NCBI GenBank assembly: GCA_030527925.1
Contig: JAUMZW010000001.1
Coordinates: 93,455-157,454, forward strand
DNA from: Streptococcus sp.
Lineage (GTDB): Bacteria; Bacillota; Bacilli; Lactobacillales; Streptococcaceae
DNA length: 64,000 nucleotides
Direction of reading: 5' to 3'
Every line of letters starts with the position of its first letter. Position 1 is the first letter of the stretch. Below the pieces are notes generated by a model. It was not told the DNA's origin, did no database searches, and saw nothing but the letters and a program-made list of their open reading frames with translations. The translations under genes and the position numbers were made by a program. This document shows positions 26,753 to 38,134 of this stretch, piece after piece.

Positions 26753-27585
26753 AGATTGGCTACTTAGGTCCGAATGGTTCATTTACTCACAATGTTGCAC
26801 TGGCTGTATTTCCACAAGAGGAATTAATTGCATTTGATAGCATTACAAATGTGATTCAAAATAAGGAAAATGATTTTGTAGATTATGCAATTGTTCCTGT
26901 TGAGAATGCTATTGAAGGCTCTGTTCATGAAAGTATCGATTATCTCTTCCATCAATCGAATCTTGAAGCGATATACGAAATCATTCAGCCAATTAAGCAG
27001 TGTTTATTGGTAACTGATTTATCAAAAGAAATTGAAGTTGTTTATTCACATCCTCAGGCTATTGCACAGTCACGTAAATTTATTGAAAAGTATTATCAAA
27101 ATATTAGTTTTGAGGTAACTTCTAGTACTGCTTTTGCAGCAAAGTTTATATCTGAAAATCCTGAAAAACCCTTTGCAGCAATAGCTCCATTAGCTGCACA
27201 GAAGGAATACGGTCTAAAAATTTTAGAAAAAGATATTCAAGAAATTGATGCAAATTTTACACGTTTTTGGATTTTAGGTTCAAGGAAATATGAAAAGCAG
27301 ATTAGTTTAGAAAGAAAAAAATCTAAAATGTCACTTGCGTTAACACTTCCGAATAATTTACCTGGTGCTTTATATAAAGCCTTATCAGTTTTTGCATGGA
27401 GAGGTATTGATTTAACTAAAATTGAAAGTAGACCTCTAAAGACGGTATTGGGTGAGTACTATTTTATTATTGATCTATTATTGGAAAATGAAACCCTGTT
27501 GACATATGCATTAGAAGAATTACTTAATATGGGGATTAATTTTAAAGTTTTAGGAAAATATCCTGTATATATCATGGGTGATTAA
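26749..27585 (+). CDS. pheA: Prephenate dehydratase.
   Basis: 278 aa. PDT domain with the TRF motif (ANFTRFWIL) and a C-terminal ACT domain. Overlaps aroK by 4 nt. Confidence 0.85.
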
Positions 27586-27608
27586 GAAAATCTAAGTAGG
27601 AGTGGATA

Positions 27609-28955
27609 ATGACTAAAGATAAAAATCTTGAGCATCATGAAGAGTTAAGATATACCTATTTGATTCAAAATTTTAACTATCTAAATGATGAACAAAAAAG
27701 GGAGTTTTCATATCTTCATCATAAGAAACAATCTATAACTCAAAAAAATAGAATTGATAATCATTCTGGTCCTAGGAAAGTTGATTATGTTAAAGTTGAA
27801 GCAGAAAATTTATCAGATAATGAAGTTGTTCCAGGATTGCCTAAATATCCTGTGAAATCACTAAGGAAGTCAAATAAGGGGATTATAAATCACACGACTT
27901 CTTCAAACGTGACTAAAAAAGTAAAAAATTCTCCAAAGAAGAAAAGAAAAAAGCGTTTCTCTTTAAAACGTGTTTTTAAATTAGTTTCTTTGTTGATTGT
28001 AATCATTTTTATTGGGATGATTATAATGTTTTTTAAAGGAGTAACGGATATTTCTAGTGGAAAAACTAATTATAGCCCGGCTGTAAAAGAGGTTTTTAAT
28101 GGGAAATCAAGTCAAGATGGAACGAATATTTTAATTTTGGGTAGTGATAAAAGAATTTCTGAAAATTCTTCTGATGCCAGAACAGATACGATCATGGTTG
28201 CTAATACGGGAAGTAAAGATGGTAAAATTAAGTTAGTTAGTTTTATGCGAGATACTCTAGTTAATATAAAGGGTGTTAGTGAAAACGGTCAATTTGATCA
28301 AAAATTAAATGTTTCTTTTAATATAGGAGAACAAAATAATCATCAAGGCGCAGAACTCGTTAGACAGACTTTAAAAAGAAACTACGATATTGATATTAAA
28401 TATTATATGATGGTGGATTTCGAAACTTTTGCAGAAGCTATTGACACTCTTTTTCCAAGTGGTGTTTTGATTGATGCTCAATTTGCAACTGTTGATGGGA
28501 AAGAAGTTTCATCAGTAAAAGTTCCTGATGACTTGCGCATGAAAGATGGTATTGTACCTAATCAAAAAATATCCATTGGAAAACAAAAAATGGATGGTAG
28601 GACTCTTTTGAATTACGCCCGTTTTCGAAAAGATGATGAAGGAGATTACGGACGTACAAAAAGACAACAGCAGGTTTTACAGACAATCTTGTCCCAGGTT
28701 AAGGATCCAACAAAACTCTTTTCAGGTTCTGCAGCTATTGGAAAAATTTATGCTTTAACGTCAACAAATTTATCTTACCCAGTTTTAGCAAAAGATGGTT
28801 TAAAGGCTTTAATAAGTGGAAATAAAGGTGTTGAACAGATAACTATTCCAGAAAATGGAGATTGGGTAGATGATTATGATATGTATGGTGGTTTAGGTAT
28901 CTCTGTTGATTTTGGTAAATATAAATTAAAATTGAAAGAGTTAGGCTTGAGATAG
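27609..28955 (+). CDS. LytR-CpsA-Psr (LCP) family cell-wall polymer transferase.
   Basis: 448 aa with a basic cytoplasmic N-terminus, one TM helix, and LCP core motifs NILILGSDKR...ARTDTIMVAN...KLVSFMRDT. Confidence 0.8.
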   Translation: MTKDKNLEHHEELRYTYLIQNFNYLNDEQKREFSYLHHKKQSITQKNRIDNHSGPRKVDYVKVEAENLSDNEVVPGLPKYPVKSLRKSNKGIINHTTSSNVTKKVKNSPKKKRKKRFSLKRVFKLVSLLIVIIFIGMIIMFFKGVTDISSGKTNYSPAVKEVFNGKSSQDGTNILILGSDKRISENSSDARTDTIMVANTGSKDGKIKLVSFMRDTLVNIKGVSENGQFDQKLNVSFNIGEQNNHQGAELVRQTLKRNYDIDIKYYMMVDFETFAEAIDTLFPSGVLIDAQFATVDGKEVSSVKVPDDLRMKDGIVPNQKISIGKQKMDGRTLLNYARFRKDDEGDYGRTKRQQQVLQTILSQVKDPTKLFSGSAAIGKIYALTSTNLSYPVLAKDGLKALISGNKGVEQITIPENGDWVDDYDMYGGLGISVDFGKYKLKLKELGLR

Positions 28956-29006
28956 GAAATACTATTGGGTATCTCTTATACTTGTATACTCTTTTTTTAA
29001 AGGTAA

Positions 29007-30380
<1,374 letters not shown>

Positions 30381-30590
30381 AAATCCTTTATTTTAAGCAC
30401 TTTTTCAAGCATTTTGTCTTTATTGAAAAGAGTGATTTTGACATAAAAAAGGTGCAAAAAAAGTACATTGATGTGAACGTCTGTTTGGATGTCGACTGCG
30501 TAGACAAAAAATAGATACGTCATAAAATATAATAGTTCAGCGAGAACATTTTAATAAGTGTTCTCGTTTTTTTATTTTCAGGAGGAATTC

Positions 30591-30764
30591 ATGCAAAAGC
30601 AAGAACAATCATCACGCCAAATCGTGATGTGTCATCTCGTGACTATCTTAGGAGTTGATATTGAGAAAGCAACTCAGCTAATTGATGAAATGGAACAAGT
30701 AGGTTTAATCCGATTTGATGAATTTGGAAATGTTGGAATTTTAGTCTTGGGGGGACAATCATGA
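30591..30764 (+). CDS. Small protein resembling an FtsK gamma (winged-helix, KOPS-binding) domain.
   Basis: 57 aa starting at the ATG at 30591, after the RBS caggagg. The C-terminus ATQLIDEMEQVGLI resembles the FtsK-gamma signature (...RLIDQMEAxGIV). The stop overlaps the repA_N start (ATGA). Confidence 0.4.
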   Translation: MQKQEQSSRQIVMCHLVTILGVDIEKATQLIDEMEQVGLIRFDEFGNVGILVLGGQS

Positions 30765-31579
30765 AACGTATTATCGCTAATCAGTATCAGACATCAGAGC
30801 GTTATTATAAACTCCCTAAAATTTTGTTTGAGAGTGAACGTTATAAGGATATGAAGCTGGAAGTTAAGGTAGCCTACGCGGTTTTAAAAGATCGGTTGGA
30901 GTTGTCTTTGAGTAAAGGCTGGATTGATGAGGATGGGGCTATTTATTTGATTTATTCCAATTCAAATCTGATGGCACTATTAGGCTGTTCAAAGTCAAAA
31001 TTACTCTCTATCAAGAAAACCTTACGCGAATATGGCTTAATTGATGAAGTCCAACAGTCCTCTAGTGAAAGAGGTCGAATGGCAAATAAAATTTACTTGG
31101 GGGAATTAGAACATGAAACTACCCCAGTCTTACATTCAGACGGGGCTAGTGTTAAAAAAACACTAGGGGGGTCTCAAAGAAAGACGGGGCCGGTCTTATA
31201 TTCAGCCCCTAGTGAGACTGAAGGAAGTGAGACTAAATATAGTGAAACTAAAGGGAGTGATTTCCTTATTGAGGACGAGGAGGAGAGGCAGCTAGTAGAT
31301 GAGAAAAAAGAAGAAAACTTTACTTCAAAAGTTGATGGCGTGACCAAGTACGATCGAGACTATATTTGGGGTTTGGTTCATGACCAGTTAAGACAGACAG
31401 GTCTATCTCAGTCTGCTAGTGACTATGCCATGATTTATTTTAGTGACCGTTATCAGTATGCATTGGAACATATGCGATTTGCTCGGTCAGCGGAAGTAAT
31501 AGCTGAATACGTATTTAATGGTGTGTTGTCAGAGTGGACCAAGCAACTGAGACGACAAGAAGTAAAAGGAGGTGAATAA
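30761..31579 (+). CDS. Replication initiator protein A (RepA_N family) of Firmicutes plasmids and ICEs.
   Basis: 272 aa. N-terminus YYKLPKILFESERYKDMKLEVKVAYAVLKDRLELS is the RepA_N signature. Confidence 0.65.
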   Translation: MKRIIANQYQTSERYYKLPKILFESERYKDMKLEVKVAYAVLKDRLELSLSKGWIDEDGAIYLIYSNSNLMALLGCSKSKLLSIKKTLREYGLIDEVQQSSSERGRMANKIYLGELEHETTPVLHSDGASVKKTLGGSQRKTGPVLYSAPSETEGSETKYSETKGSDFLIEDEEERQLVDEKKEENFTSKVDGVTKYDRDYIWGLVHDQLRQTGLSQSASDYAMIYFSDRYQYALEHMRFARSAEVIAEYVFNGVLSEWTKQLRRQEVKGGE

Positions 31580-31727
31580 GATGATTTGGTGGATACTAGG
31601 TGGAATCTATCTGATTTCTATCATCATTTTGATTGTTGAAATCATCCGTGCACCAGAAATGGATGATCATATATAAGCAAGAGTTTTACAAGTGTAAGGC
31701 TCTTTTTTAGTTGGAAAGAGAGGAAAA

Positions 31728-33083
31728 ATGAAATTTTTAGATTTATTTGCTGGGATAGGTGGTTTTAGGCTAGGGTTGGAATCACAGGGTCATAAATGCC
31801 TGGGCTTTTGTGAAATTGATAAGTTCGCTAGAACATCTTATAAAGCCATGTTTAACACAGAAGGGGAAATAGAATATCATGACATTAAAGAGGTCACAGA
31901 CCATGACTTTAGACAATTTAGAGGGCAAGTGGACATCATCTGCGGGGGATTTCCTTGCCAAGCATTTTCACTCGCAGGCAGACGATTGGGATTTGAAGAT
32001 ACTCGAGGGACTCTCTTTTTTGAGATTGCTCGAGCGGCCAAACAAATCCAACCACGTTTTCTATTTTTGGAAAACGTCAAAGGCCTACTCAATCACGACG
32101 AGGGACGGACGTTCGCCACAATCCTCTCCACGATGGATGAATTGGGGTATGATGTCGAATGGCAGGTGCTTAACAGTAAGGACTTCCAAGTCCCGCAAAA
32201 CAGAGAGCGGGTCTTTATTATCGGACATTCTAGAAGATACCGTTCCAGATTCATATTTCCTCTCAGAAGAGAAAACAGCCCAGCTCATCTTGAAAGGCTA
32301 GGAAATATCAATCCCTCTAAACGTGGTTTGAATGGTGAAGTCTATCTAACGACTGGACTTGCTCCTACACTAACGAGAGGTAAAGGAGAGGGGGGAAAAA
32401 TCGCCATTCCAGTCTTAACACCAGATAGACTTGAAAAACGGCAACATGGGCGTCGCTTTAAGGACAATCAAGACCCTATGTTTACTTTGACAAGTCAAGA
32501 CAGACACGGAGTTGTTGTCGCAGGAAATCTGCCGACTAGCTTTGACCAGACCGGTAGAGTATTTGACATTTCTGGCTTGTCACCGACCTTGACCACCATG
32601 CAAGGTGGAGACAAGGTGCCAAAGATTTTACTGAGGGAGGAGCTGCCATTTCTGAAGATCAAGGAAGCCACAAAAACAGGGTACGCAAAGGCCACTCTTG
32701 GAGACTCTGTCAATCTGGCTTATCCAGACTCAACCAAACGTAGGGGACGAGTGGGAAAGGGAATATCCAATACTCTGACTACTTCAGACAATATGGGAGT
32801 GGTGGTTGCTGCTCTGGAATATCGACAGGATAAGTGGTATGAAGTCACAGGCATTGTCTTAGAGGGGAAACTTTATCGCCTGAGAATTAGACGACTGACA
32901 CCAAGAGAGTGTTTCAGACTTCAAGGTTTTCCTGATTGGGCTTATGAAAGAGCAGAAAGTGTTTCTAGTAAAAGCCAACTATACAAACAGGCAGGCAATA
33001 GCGTGACTGTCACAGTTATTGAAGCCATTGCCAGAGAATTTAGAAGAATTGAAGAGGAAGAAAAACATGAACCTACTACATAA
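31728..33083 (+). CDS. dcm: DNA (cytosine-5)-methyltransferase, apparently an orphan.
   Basis: 451 aa. Motif I FAGIGGF, motif IV GFPCQAFS (catalytic Cys), motif VI ENVKGL, and C-terminal motif X QAGNSV. Confidence 0.9.
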   Translation: MKFLDLFAGIGGFRLGLESQGHKCLGFCEIDKFARTSYKAMFNTEGEIEYHDIKEVTDHDFRQFRGQVDIICGGFPCQAFSLAGRRLGFEDTRGTLFFEIARAAKQIQPRFLFLENVKGLLNHDEGRTFATILSTMDELGYDVEWQVLNSKDFQVPQNRERVFIIGHSRRYRSRFIFPLRRENSPAHLERLGNINPSKRGLNGEVYLTTGLAPTLTRGKGEGGKIAIPVLTPDRLEKRQHGRRFKDNQDPMFTLTSQDRHGVVVAGNLPTSFDQTGRVFDISGLSPTLTTMQGGDKVPKILLREELPFLKIKEATKTGYAKATLGDSVNLAYPDSTKRRGRVGKGISNTLTTSDNMGVVVAALEYRQDKWYEVTGIVLEGKLYRLRIRRLTPRECFRLQGFPDWAYERAESVSSKSQLYKQAGNSVTVTVIEAIAREFRRIEEEEKHEPTT

Positions 33084-33495
33084 GAAAAGTATCCTAGAGT
33101 GTACTGAATTAGAGGAACGTATTCACCAAGTTGGAACCAATCAGTTATTACAAAAGATATTGTCGCTCCCCAATTTTGATTGTGACTTTGAGGTGACTTT
33201 TGAAGATGATTACCACAAAGAGATGAATGATCCCCTATTCTACGAATCCAATCTTCATCGGATTTCGGATTTTTTGGAAACTAGGGATATTAAAAATGGT
33301 GTAGATACACTATTGACGAAAGACAATCACCTGGTCTTTCGTGCCTTTGGTCAAAATTATACTGCTAGGGGAAAGGATGGTATTTTAACGACTTTGGTGA
33401 CGGTCAAGTGCTTTGATGAAGGACGGATGCCCATTGATATGAGTCGCTATTTCTCAACTCCTGAACCAACAGTTGAAAATAGCTTAACCCTATAA
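33067..33495 (+). CDS. Hypothetical protein, 142 aa, translationally coupled to the MTase.
   Basis: The ATG at 33067 lies inside the MTase 3' end (17-nt overlap), with the RBS gaagaggaag upstream. No recognisable motif. No Vsr-like DGCFWH motif. Confidence 0.4.
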   Translation: MNLLHKKSILECTELEERIHQVGTNQLLQKILSLPNFDCDFEVTFEDDYHKEMNDPLFYESNLHRISDFLETRDIKNGVDTLLTKDNHLVFRAFGQNYTARGKDGILTTLVTVKCFDEGRMPIDMSRYFSTPEPTVENSLTL

Positions 33496-33505
33496 GGAGG
33501 AGCCT

Positions 33506-33889
33506 ATGCTTGAGGTATATCTAGGAAATAATACCAATACAAATCAAGAGTTACTAACTATTTTGACGACCTATGAAGTGGCTTATCGTTGTACAAAAGC
33601 ATGTGATGTAAACCGTGAAATCTTACTGTCACTCTTTGCCAAAACCACGGATTGCTTTGAGTTGTTGTCGCCACGATTTCTACGCTTTAAACGTCAATAT
33701 TCGATAAGTTTGAATGAGATGATTCAGCTCATTCTCCAAAAGCCAGACCAAAACCTTCGTCTGCCTCTCATTGTCTGTCAGAATCACGTCTATCCAGCTA
33801 TTGGGCTAGACGAAGTACGTACTTTTCTTCCCAGACAGGTAAAAGAAGAGTTGTTTCAGGCCAGTCTGATGAAACAAGTGACAGGGTAG
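33506..33889 (+). CDS. Hypothetical protein, 127 aa.
   Basis: RBS aggagg 6 nt upstream. Begins 10 nt after the previous ORF. No recognisable motif. Confidence 0.4.
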   Translation: MLEVYLGNNTNTNQELLTILTTYEVAYRCTKACDVNREILLSLFAKTTDCFELLSPRFLRFKRQYSISLNEMIQLILQKPDQNLRLPLIVCQNHVYPAIGLDEVRTFLPRQVKEELFQASLMKQVTG

Positions 33890-33891
33890 GT

Positions 33892-34131
33892 GTGAAGATG
33901 AATGAACGATTTTGGGACAATTTAGAAATCATTCTGGCTGAAAAAGACCTCACTTGGGCAGAACTAGCTCGCAAAGTATTCAACGGTCAATATGTTTATC
34001 CAAGTGAATTTAATCGCCTCTATCAAAAATTACGGCATTACAAATCTAATCGTCTGATGCCACAAATAAGATGGGTTGAGCGTATTGTTCTAGTCTTAGA
34101 TATTGATTATGAAGATTTATTTAAGAGGTGA
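33892..34131 (+). CDS. Small HTH (XRE/Cro-like) DNA-binding protein.
   Basis: 79 aa. LEIILAEKDLTWAELARKVFNG resembles a helix-turn-helix. Starts 2 nt after the preceding stop. Confidence 0.45.
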   Translation: MKMNERFWDNLEIILAEKDLTWAELARKVFNGQYVYPSEFNRLYQKLRHYKSNRLMPQIRWVERIVLVLDIDYEDLFKR

Positions 34132-34718
34132 CAATGATAAGGATAGTGTTGTTTTATCTAGCCATACAGCTTAACGGTCTTCTGGTGAGTTTATACCTGA
34201 AAGAGTATCTGACAATAGAGGGAATAGTCTTGCTACAATTGATCCTATTAAGTGTGACTTGCTTAGAGATTGCCCGTCATAAAACTCTTCAAGCAAAAAA
34301 TATAACCTTAAGAAATCGCCTAAGTTGGTTGCTTCTTGGTTTTGTGTGCATGGTTGCTTTTGCAGTCTTCATCAGCTTCCTATTTCCAGTTCAGACTAGG
34401 AATCAAGCGGTATTGGTACAAGTAGGAAAACAGGTTCTTCCTATTATCTTTTTATTGTTTCTGGCCAATGCAAGTATCCTTGAAGAGATTGTTTATAGGC
34501 AATCGCTGTGGGAAAAATTGATATTGCCTTTTGTACAAATAGGCGTGACCAGTTTTCTCTTTGCTCTATCCCATGGACCCAATCAGTTAGGGAGTTGGCT
34601 CATGTATATCTGTCTTGGCTTGACCTTGGCTGTTGTTCGATTGAAAACTGATTGTATGACGGCAATCGCCTTACATTTACTTTGGAATAGTTTGGCTTAT
34701 GTCGTAACTTTCTTGTGA
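34128..34718 (+). CDS. CPBP-family (CAAX/Abi) intramembrane metalloprotease.
   Basis: 196 aa, multi-TM. Motif 1 EEIVYRQ (EExxxR), motif 2 FALSHGP (FxxxH), and a later H (IALHLLWN). Its ATG overlaps the HTH gene stop (ATGA). Confidence 0.7.
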   Translation: MTMIRIVLFYLAIQLNGLLVSLYLKEYLTIEGIVLLQLILLSVTCLEIARHKTLQAKNITLRNRLSWLLLGFVCMVAFAVFISFLFPVQTRNQAVLVQVGKQVLPIIFLLFLANASILEEIVYRQSLWEKLILPFVQIGVTSFLFALSHGPNQLGSWLMYICLGLTLAVVRLKTDCMTAIALHLLWNSLAYVVTFL

Positions 34719-34794
34719 TACCAAAATCAAGAGTGCTTCCGTATTATGGAAGCACCTTATGTTTGATAGGGAATCGAAAAAAGAGGAGGCCACT

Positions 34795-35283
34795 ATGTCA
34801 TCTGAACAACAAGAACGTCAAGCGATGCAATACGTAGAAAGAAGTAGTTTATTGACAGTCAGAACCCTCTTAAAACTCTTAGAATGGTCGGCTAGGCAAG
34901 CCTTAGCTCAAGATTCAGCTTATAAGATTGGGGTTCAAAAAATGGAAGAACTCCTTCAAAGTCCTTACGCCATTGAAGCGATTGATGTTAGTAAAGACAT
35001 ACTGGATAAGCCAATCGATGTGGAGAAATTTAAGGAGTTGATGGAGTCAGAAAAACTGCCAATCGCAATTAGTTGGCAAAAAGACTATCTCTACTTTTAT
35101 GCCAAGGATAAGACCTTGCTCGATCATCACTTGGATGAATTGTTGAAGAAACTGATGTCTAATCCAGAGAAGCTAGAAGGTTTAACCTTTGATAAAACCT
35201 TGGATCAAGAGATAGAACTGGCCAAAGAGAAAATTAGAGTGACAGAACCTTCGGCAGTCAAAACCAAAGAGGTGACCTTGTAA
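34795..35283 (+). CDS. PcfB/DUF3801-like conjugation accessory protein.
   Basis: 162 aa from the ATG at 34795, after the strong RBS aagaggagg. It sits immediately upstream of and abutting the coupling-protein gene, as PcfB does in Gram-positive T4SS loci. Confidence 0.45.
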   Translation: MSSEQQERQAMQYVERSSLLTVRTLLKLLEWSARQALAQDSAYKIGVQKMEELLQSPYAIEAIDVSKDILDKPIDVEKFKELMESEKLPIAISWQKDYLYFYAKDKTLLDHHLDELLKKLMSNPEKLEGLTFDKTLDQEIELAKEKIRVTEPSAVKTKEVTL

Positions 35284-37100
35284 TGTATTCCAGGCAAAAA
35301 GCATTTGTCTTTGGTCTCTTGGGTCTCGCCTTTGGCTATTTCTGTCATCGTCTAACTCTACTCTATGATAGTTTAACCAATGCCCCACCTATGGAACGAT
35401 TTGCCTACCTCTTAGGAGAGGAGTTAAATCAGGTTTTCAATCCTTTATGGCTATTTTCCTTTACTCAAAAATCTCTTCTTGCCTTTATCCTTGGGGTTCT
35501 AACGATGACACTAGTCTATCTTTATGTATCGTCAGGACAGAAGGTCTATCGAGAAGGGGAAGAATACGGTTCTGCACGATTTGGAACCAGTAAGGAAAAG
35601 CGGAACTTTTACAGTAAGAATCCTTTCAATGACACGATTTTGGCTCGTGATGTTCGTCTAACCTTGTTGGAAAAGAAGAAACCCCAGTTTGACCGAAATA
35701 AAAATTTGATTGTCATTGGGGGTTCTGGGGCAGGTAAGACCTTTCGCTTTGTGAAACCCAACCTTATCCAACTTAACTGTTCCAATATTGTCGTAGATCC
35801 GAAAGACCATTTGGCTGAGAAGACAGGTAAACTCTTTTTAGAAAACGGTTATCAGGTTAAGGTTTTAGACTTGGTTAATATGACCAATTCAGACGGTTTT
35901 AATCCCTTTCGTTATGTAGAAACAGAGAATGATTTGAACCGTATGTTAACGGTCTATTTTAATAATACCAAAGGAAATGGTTCTCGCAGTGATCCGTTTT
36001 GGGATGAGGCTTCCATGACATTGGTGAGAGCTATTGCCTCTTATTTGGTAGATTTTTACAATCCACCAGGAAGTTCCAAGCAAGGGCAGGTAGCAAGACG
36101 TAAGCGTGGCCGTTATCCAGCCTTTTCTGAGATTGGGAAACTCATTAAACTGTTATCAAAGGGAGATAATCAGGACAAAAGTGTTCTTGAAGTCCTGTTT
36201 GAAGATTACGCTAAAAAATACGGTCACGAGAACTTTACCATGAGAAACTGGGCAGATTTTCAAAACTATAAGGATAAGACCTTGGATTCGGTGATTGCGG
36301 TCACAACAGCTAAATTTGCCCTCTTTAATATTCAATCGGTGATTGATTTGACGCAAAGAGACACTATGGATTTGAAAACGTGGGGCACTCAAAAGACCAT
36401 GGTCTATCTTGTTATTCCAGACAATGATACGACCTTTCGTTTCCTATCTGCTTTATTTTTCTCTACGGTTTTCTCCACTTTGACCAGACAGGCTGATGTT
36501 GACTTTAAAGGGCAACTGCCTATTCATGTTAGAAGCTATCTGGATGAGTTTGCAAATGTCGGAGAAATCCCAGACTTTGCTGAACAAACCTCAACAGTTC
36601 GCTCTAGGAACATGAGTCTAGTTCCAATCTTGCAAAATATTGCTCAACTCCAAGGACTTTATAAGGAAAAAGAGGCTTGGAAAACTATACTGGGGAACTG
36701 TGACAGCCTCCTCTATTTGGGTGGAAATGACGAGGAAACTTTCAAATTTATGAGTGGTCTATTAGGCAAACAAACCATTGATGTCAGAAGTACCAGTCGT
36801 TCTTTTGGGCAGACTGGCTCAAGTTCTACCTCTCACCAGAAAATTGCCCGTGACTTGATGACGGCTGATGAAGTCGGGAATATGAAACGAGATGAATGCC
36901 TCGTACGCATTGCAGGAGTTCCTGTTTTTCGAACCAAGAAATATTTTCCACCCAAACATAAGAATTGGAAATGGCTTGTGGATAAGGAAACCGATGAACG
37001 CTGGTGGCACTATCATATCAATCCCCTAACCGCTGAGGAAGAGTTAGATTTGTCAGGCCATAAAATAAGGGATTTAAGCACAGAAACGACACTACATTAA
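35283..37100 (+). CDS. Type IV coupling protein (VirD4/TraG/TcpA family).
   Basis: 605 aa. Two N-terminal TM helices, Walker A GGSGAGKT, and a Walker-B-like VIPDNDTTF/YLDEFANV. The ATG overlaps the upstream stop. Confidence 0.85.
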   Translation: MYSRQKAFVFGLLGLAFGYFCHRLTLLYDSLTNAPPMERFAYLLGEELNQVFNPLWLFSFTQKSLLAFILGVLTMTLVYLYVSSGQKVYREGEEYGSARFGTSKEKRNFYSKNPFNDTILARDVRLTLLEKKKPQFDRNKNLIVIGGSGAGKTFRFVKPNLIQLNCSNIVVDPKDHLAEKTGKLFLENGYQVKVLDLVNMTNSDGFNPFRYVETENDLNRMLTVYFNNTKGNGSRSDPFWDEASMTLVRAIASYLVDFYNPPGSSKQGQVARRKRGRYPAFSEIGKLIKLLSKGDNQDKSVLEVLFEDYAKKYGHENFTMRNWADFQNYKDKTLDSVIAVTTAKFALFNIQSVIDLTQRDTMDLKTWGTQKTMVYLVIPDNDTTFRFLSALFFSTVFSTLTRQADVDFKGQLPIHVRSYLDEFANVGEIPDFAEQTSTVRSRNMSLVPILQNIAQLQGLYKEKEAWKTILGNCDSLLYLGGNDEETFKFMSGLLGKQTIDVRSTSRSFGQTGSSSTSHQKIARDLMTADEVGNMKRDECLVRIAGVPVFRTKKYFPPKHKNWKWLVDKETDERWWHYHINPLTAEEELDLSGHKIRDLSTETTLH

Positions 37101-37117
37101 TAGAAATGAGGAATTAT

Positions 37118-37360
37118 ATGAATCAAAAACTATCAGGCTTTGTTTACGGAGTGGATGCCAGCTCCATGTTCTCCCAAGCCATGTCTCTATTACAAAAAGG
37201 CTTAATTGCAGTAGGAGCCTTTCTTGTAGTCATGGGCATCATCAACCTTTCAACAAACATTAAAGATGGTGGGCCAGGTGTCCGAAATGCCATTCTAGAA
37301 ATTGTTGGTGGGGTCATGGTGGGAGCCGCTGGTGCTTTTGTGACTCAGATTACCATTTAG
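37118..37360 (+). CDS. Maff2-family small membrane protein of conjugative elements.
   Basis: 80 aa from the ATG at 37118 (RBS gagg). Two hydrophobic helices IAVGAFLVVMGIINL and VGGVMVGAAGAFV, typical of Maff2. Confidence 0.5.
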   Translation: MNQKLSGFVYGVDASSMFSQAMSLLQKGLIAVGAFLVVMGIINLSTNIKDGGPGVRNAILEIVGGVMVGAAGAFVTQITI

Positions 37361-37378
37361 GGGAGGACAGCACATGAC

Positions 37379-38134
37379 ATGATAATGAATTTTACGTCAC
37401 CTTTTGTATTTCTAGCCTCTGAAAAAGTATCTAGCGACAGCCTTTTTGAAGGGTTTCAAGTGGATTTAGAATCAACCGCCAACTTGATTAAGTCACTAGC
37501 GGAATTTAATCCGACGGTGTGGTCTTACATGACGGCCATTACCAAGGGGATTATGCAGCCCTTGGGAGTAGCTATTCTTGCGGTTGTTCTCGTACTCGAA
37601 TTTTCAAAAATGGCCAAGAAAATCGCAAACTCAGGTGGTGCAATGACCTTTGAAGCCATAGCACCTATGATTGTCAGCTACATCATGGTCGCGGTCGTGA
37701 TTACCAATACGACGGTTATTGTGGAAGCCATTATTGCCATTGCCTCATATGTTATTGAACAAGTGGCAAGTCTTGTCACGAATGGTGGTGCTAATTATGA
37801 TACCATCTCAGGCATTAAGGGATCTGGAATTGTAGGAAAAATGATTATTGGCTTTTTTGCGATTCTCATTTGGTTGGTACGAATGGCCAGTATTATGGTT
37901 GTCAATATCTTGATTACCATTCGCTTTATCCAACTCTATCTGATGATTCCTTTTGCCCCTGTTACCATTCCGACCTTCCTTAGTGATGACTGGAGAAGTG
38001 TTGGGATTGGTTACCTTAAAAACATCATGGTCTATGCCGTTCAAGGTATTTTGATTTTTCTAATTGTATCTCTTGTCCCCTTGTTTGAATCGGCTGGAAA
38101 GATTGCCGTATCAAATGGAGCTGGAGTTATGTAA
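37379..38134 (+). CDS. VirB6/TrbL-like polytopic T4SS membrane protein, possibly truncated by an in-frame TAA.
   Basis: 251 aa, 5-6 TM helices. After the TAA at 38132-38134 the same frame stays open for 33 more codons (SLAIMFGGLVQAILLIIALVGSQRTARSILGM) encoding another TM helix. Confidence 0.55.
   Translation: MIMNFTSPFVFLASEKVSSDSLFEGFQVDLESTANLIKSLAEFNPTVWSYMTAITKGIMQPLGVAILAVVLVLEFSKMAKKIANSGGAMTFEAIAPMIVSYIMVAVVITNTTVIVEAIIAIASYVIEQVASLVTNGGANYDTISGIKGSGIVGKMIIGFFAILIWLVRMASIMVVNILITIRFIQLYLMIPFAPVTIPTFLSDDWRSVGIGYLKNIMVYAVQGILIFLIVSLVPLFESAGKIAVSNGAGVM

Noticed and set aside
31581-31676. 32-aa hydrophobic mini-ORF (MIWWILGGIYLISIIILIVEIIRAPEMDDHI) after repA_N.
   Set aside because: It has a possible RBS (aaggaggtg) and a single TM helix. 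However it is too short to call confidently, so it is not listed as a feature.
33067-33495. Considered the ORF downstream of Dcm as a Vsr very-short-patch repair endonuclease.
   Set aside because: It lacks the Vsr DGCFWH-type motif. Its size is similar but no sequence support exists, so it is left as hypothetical.
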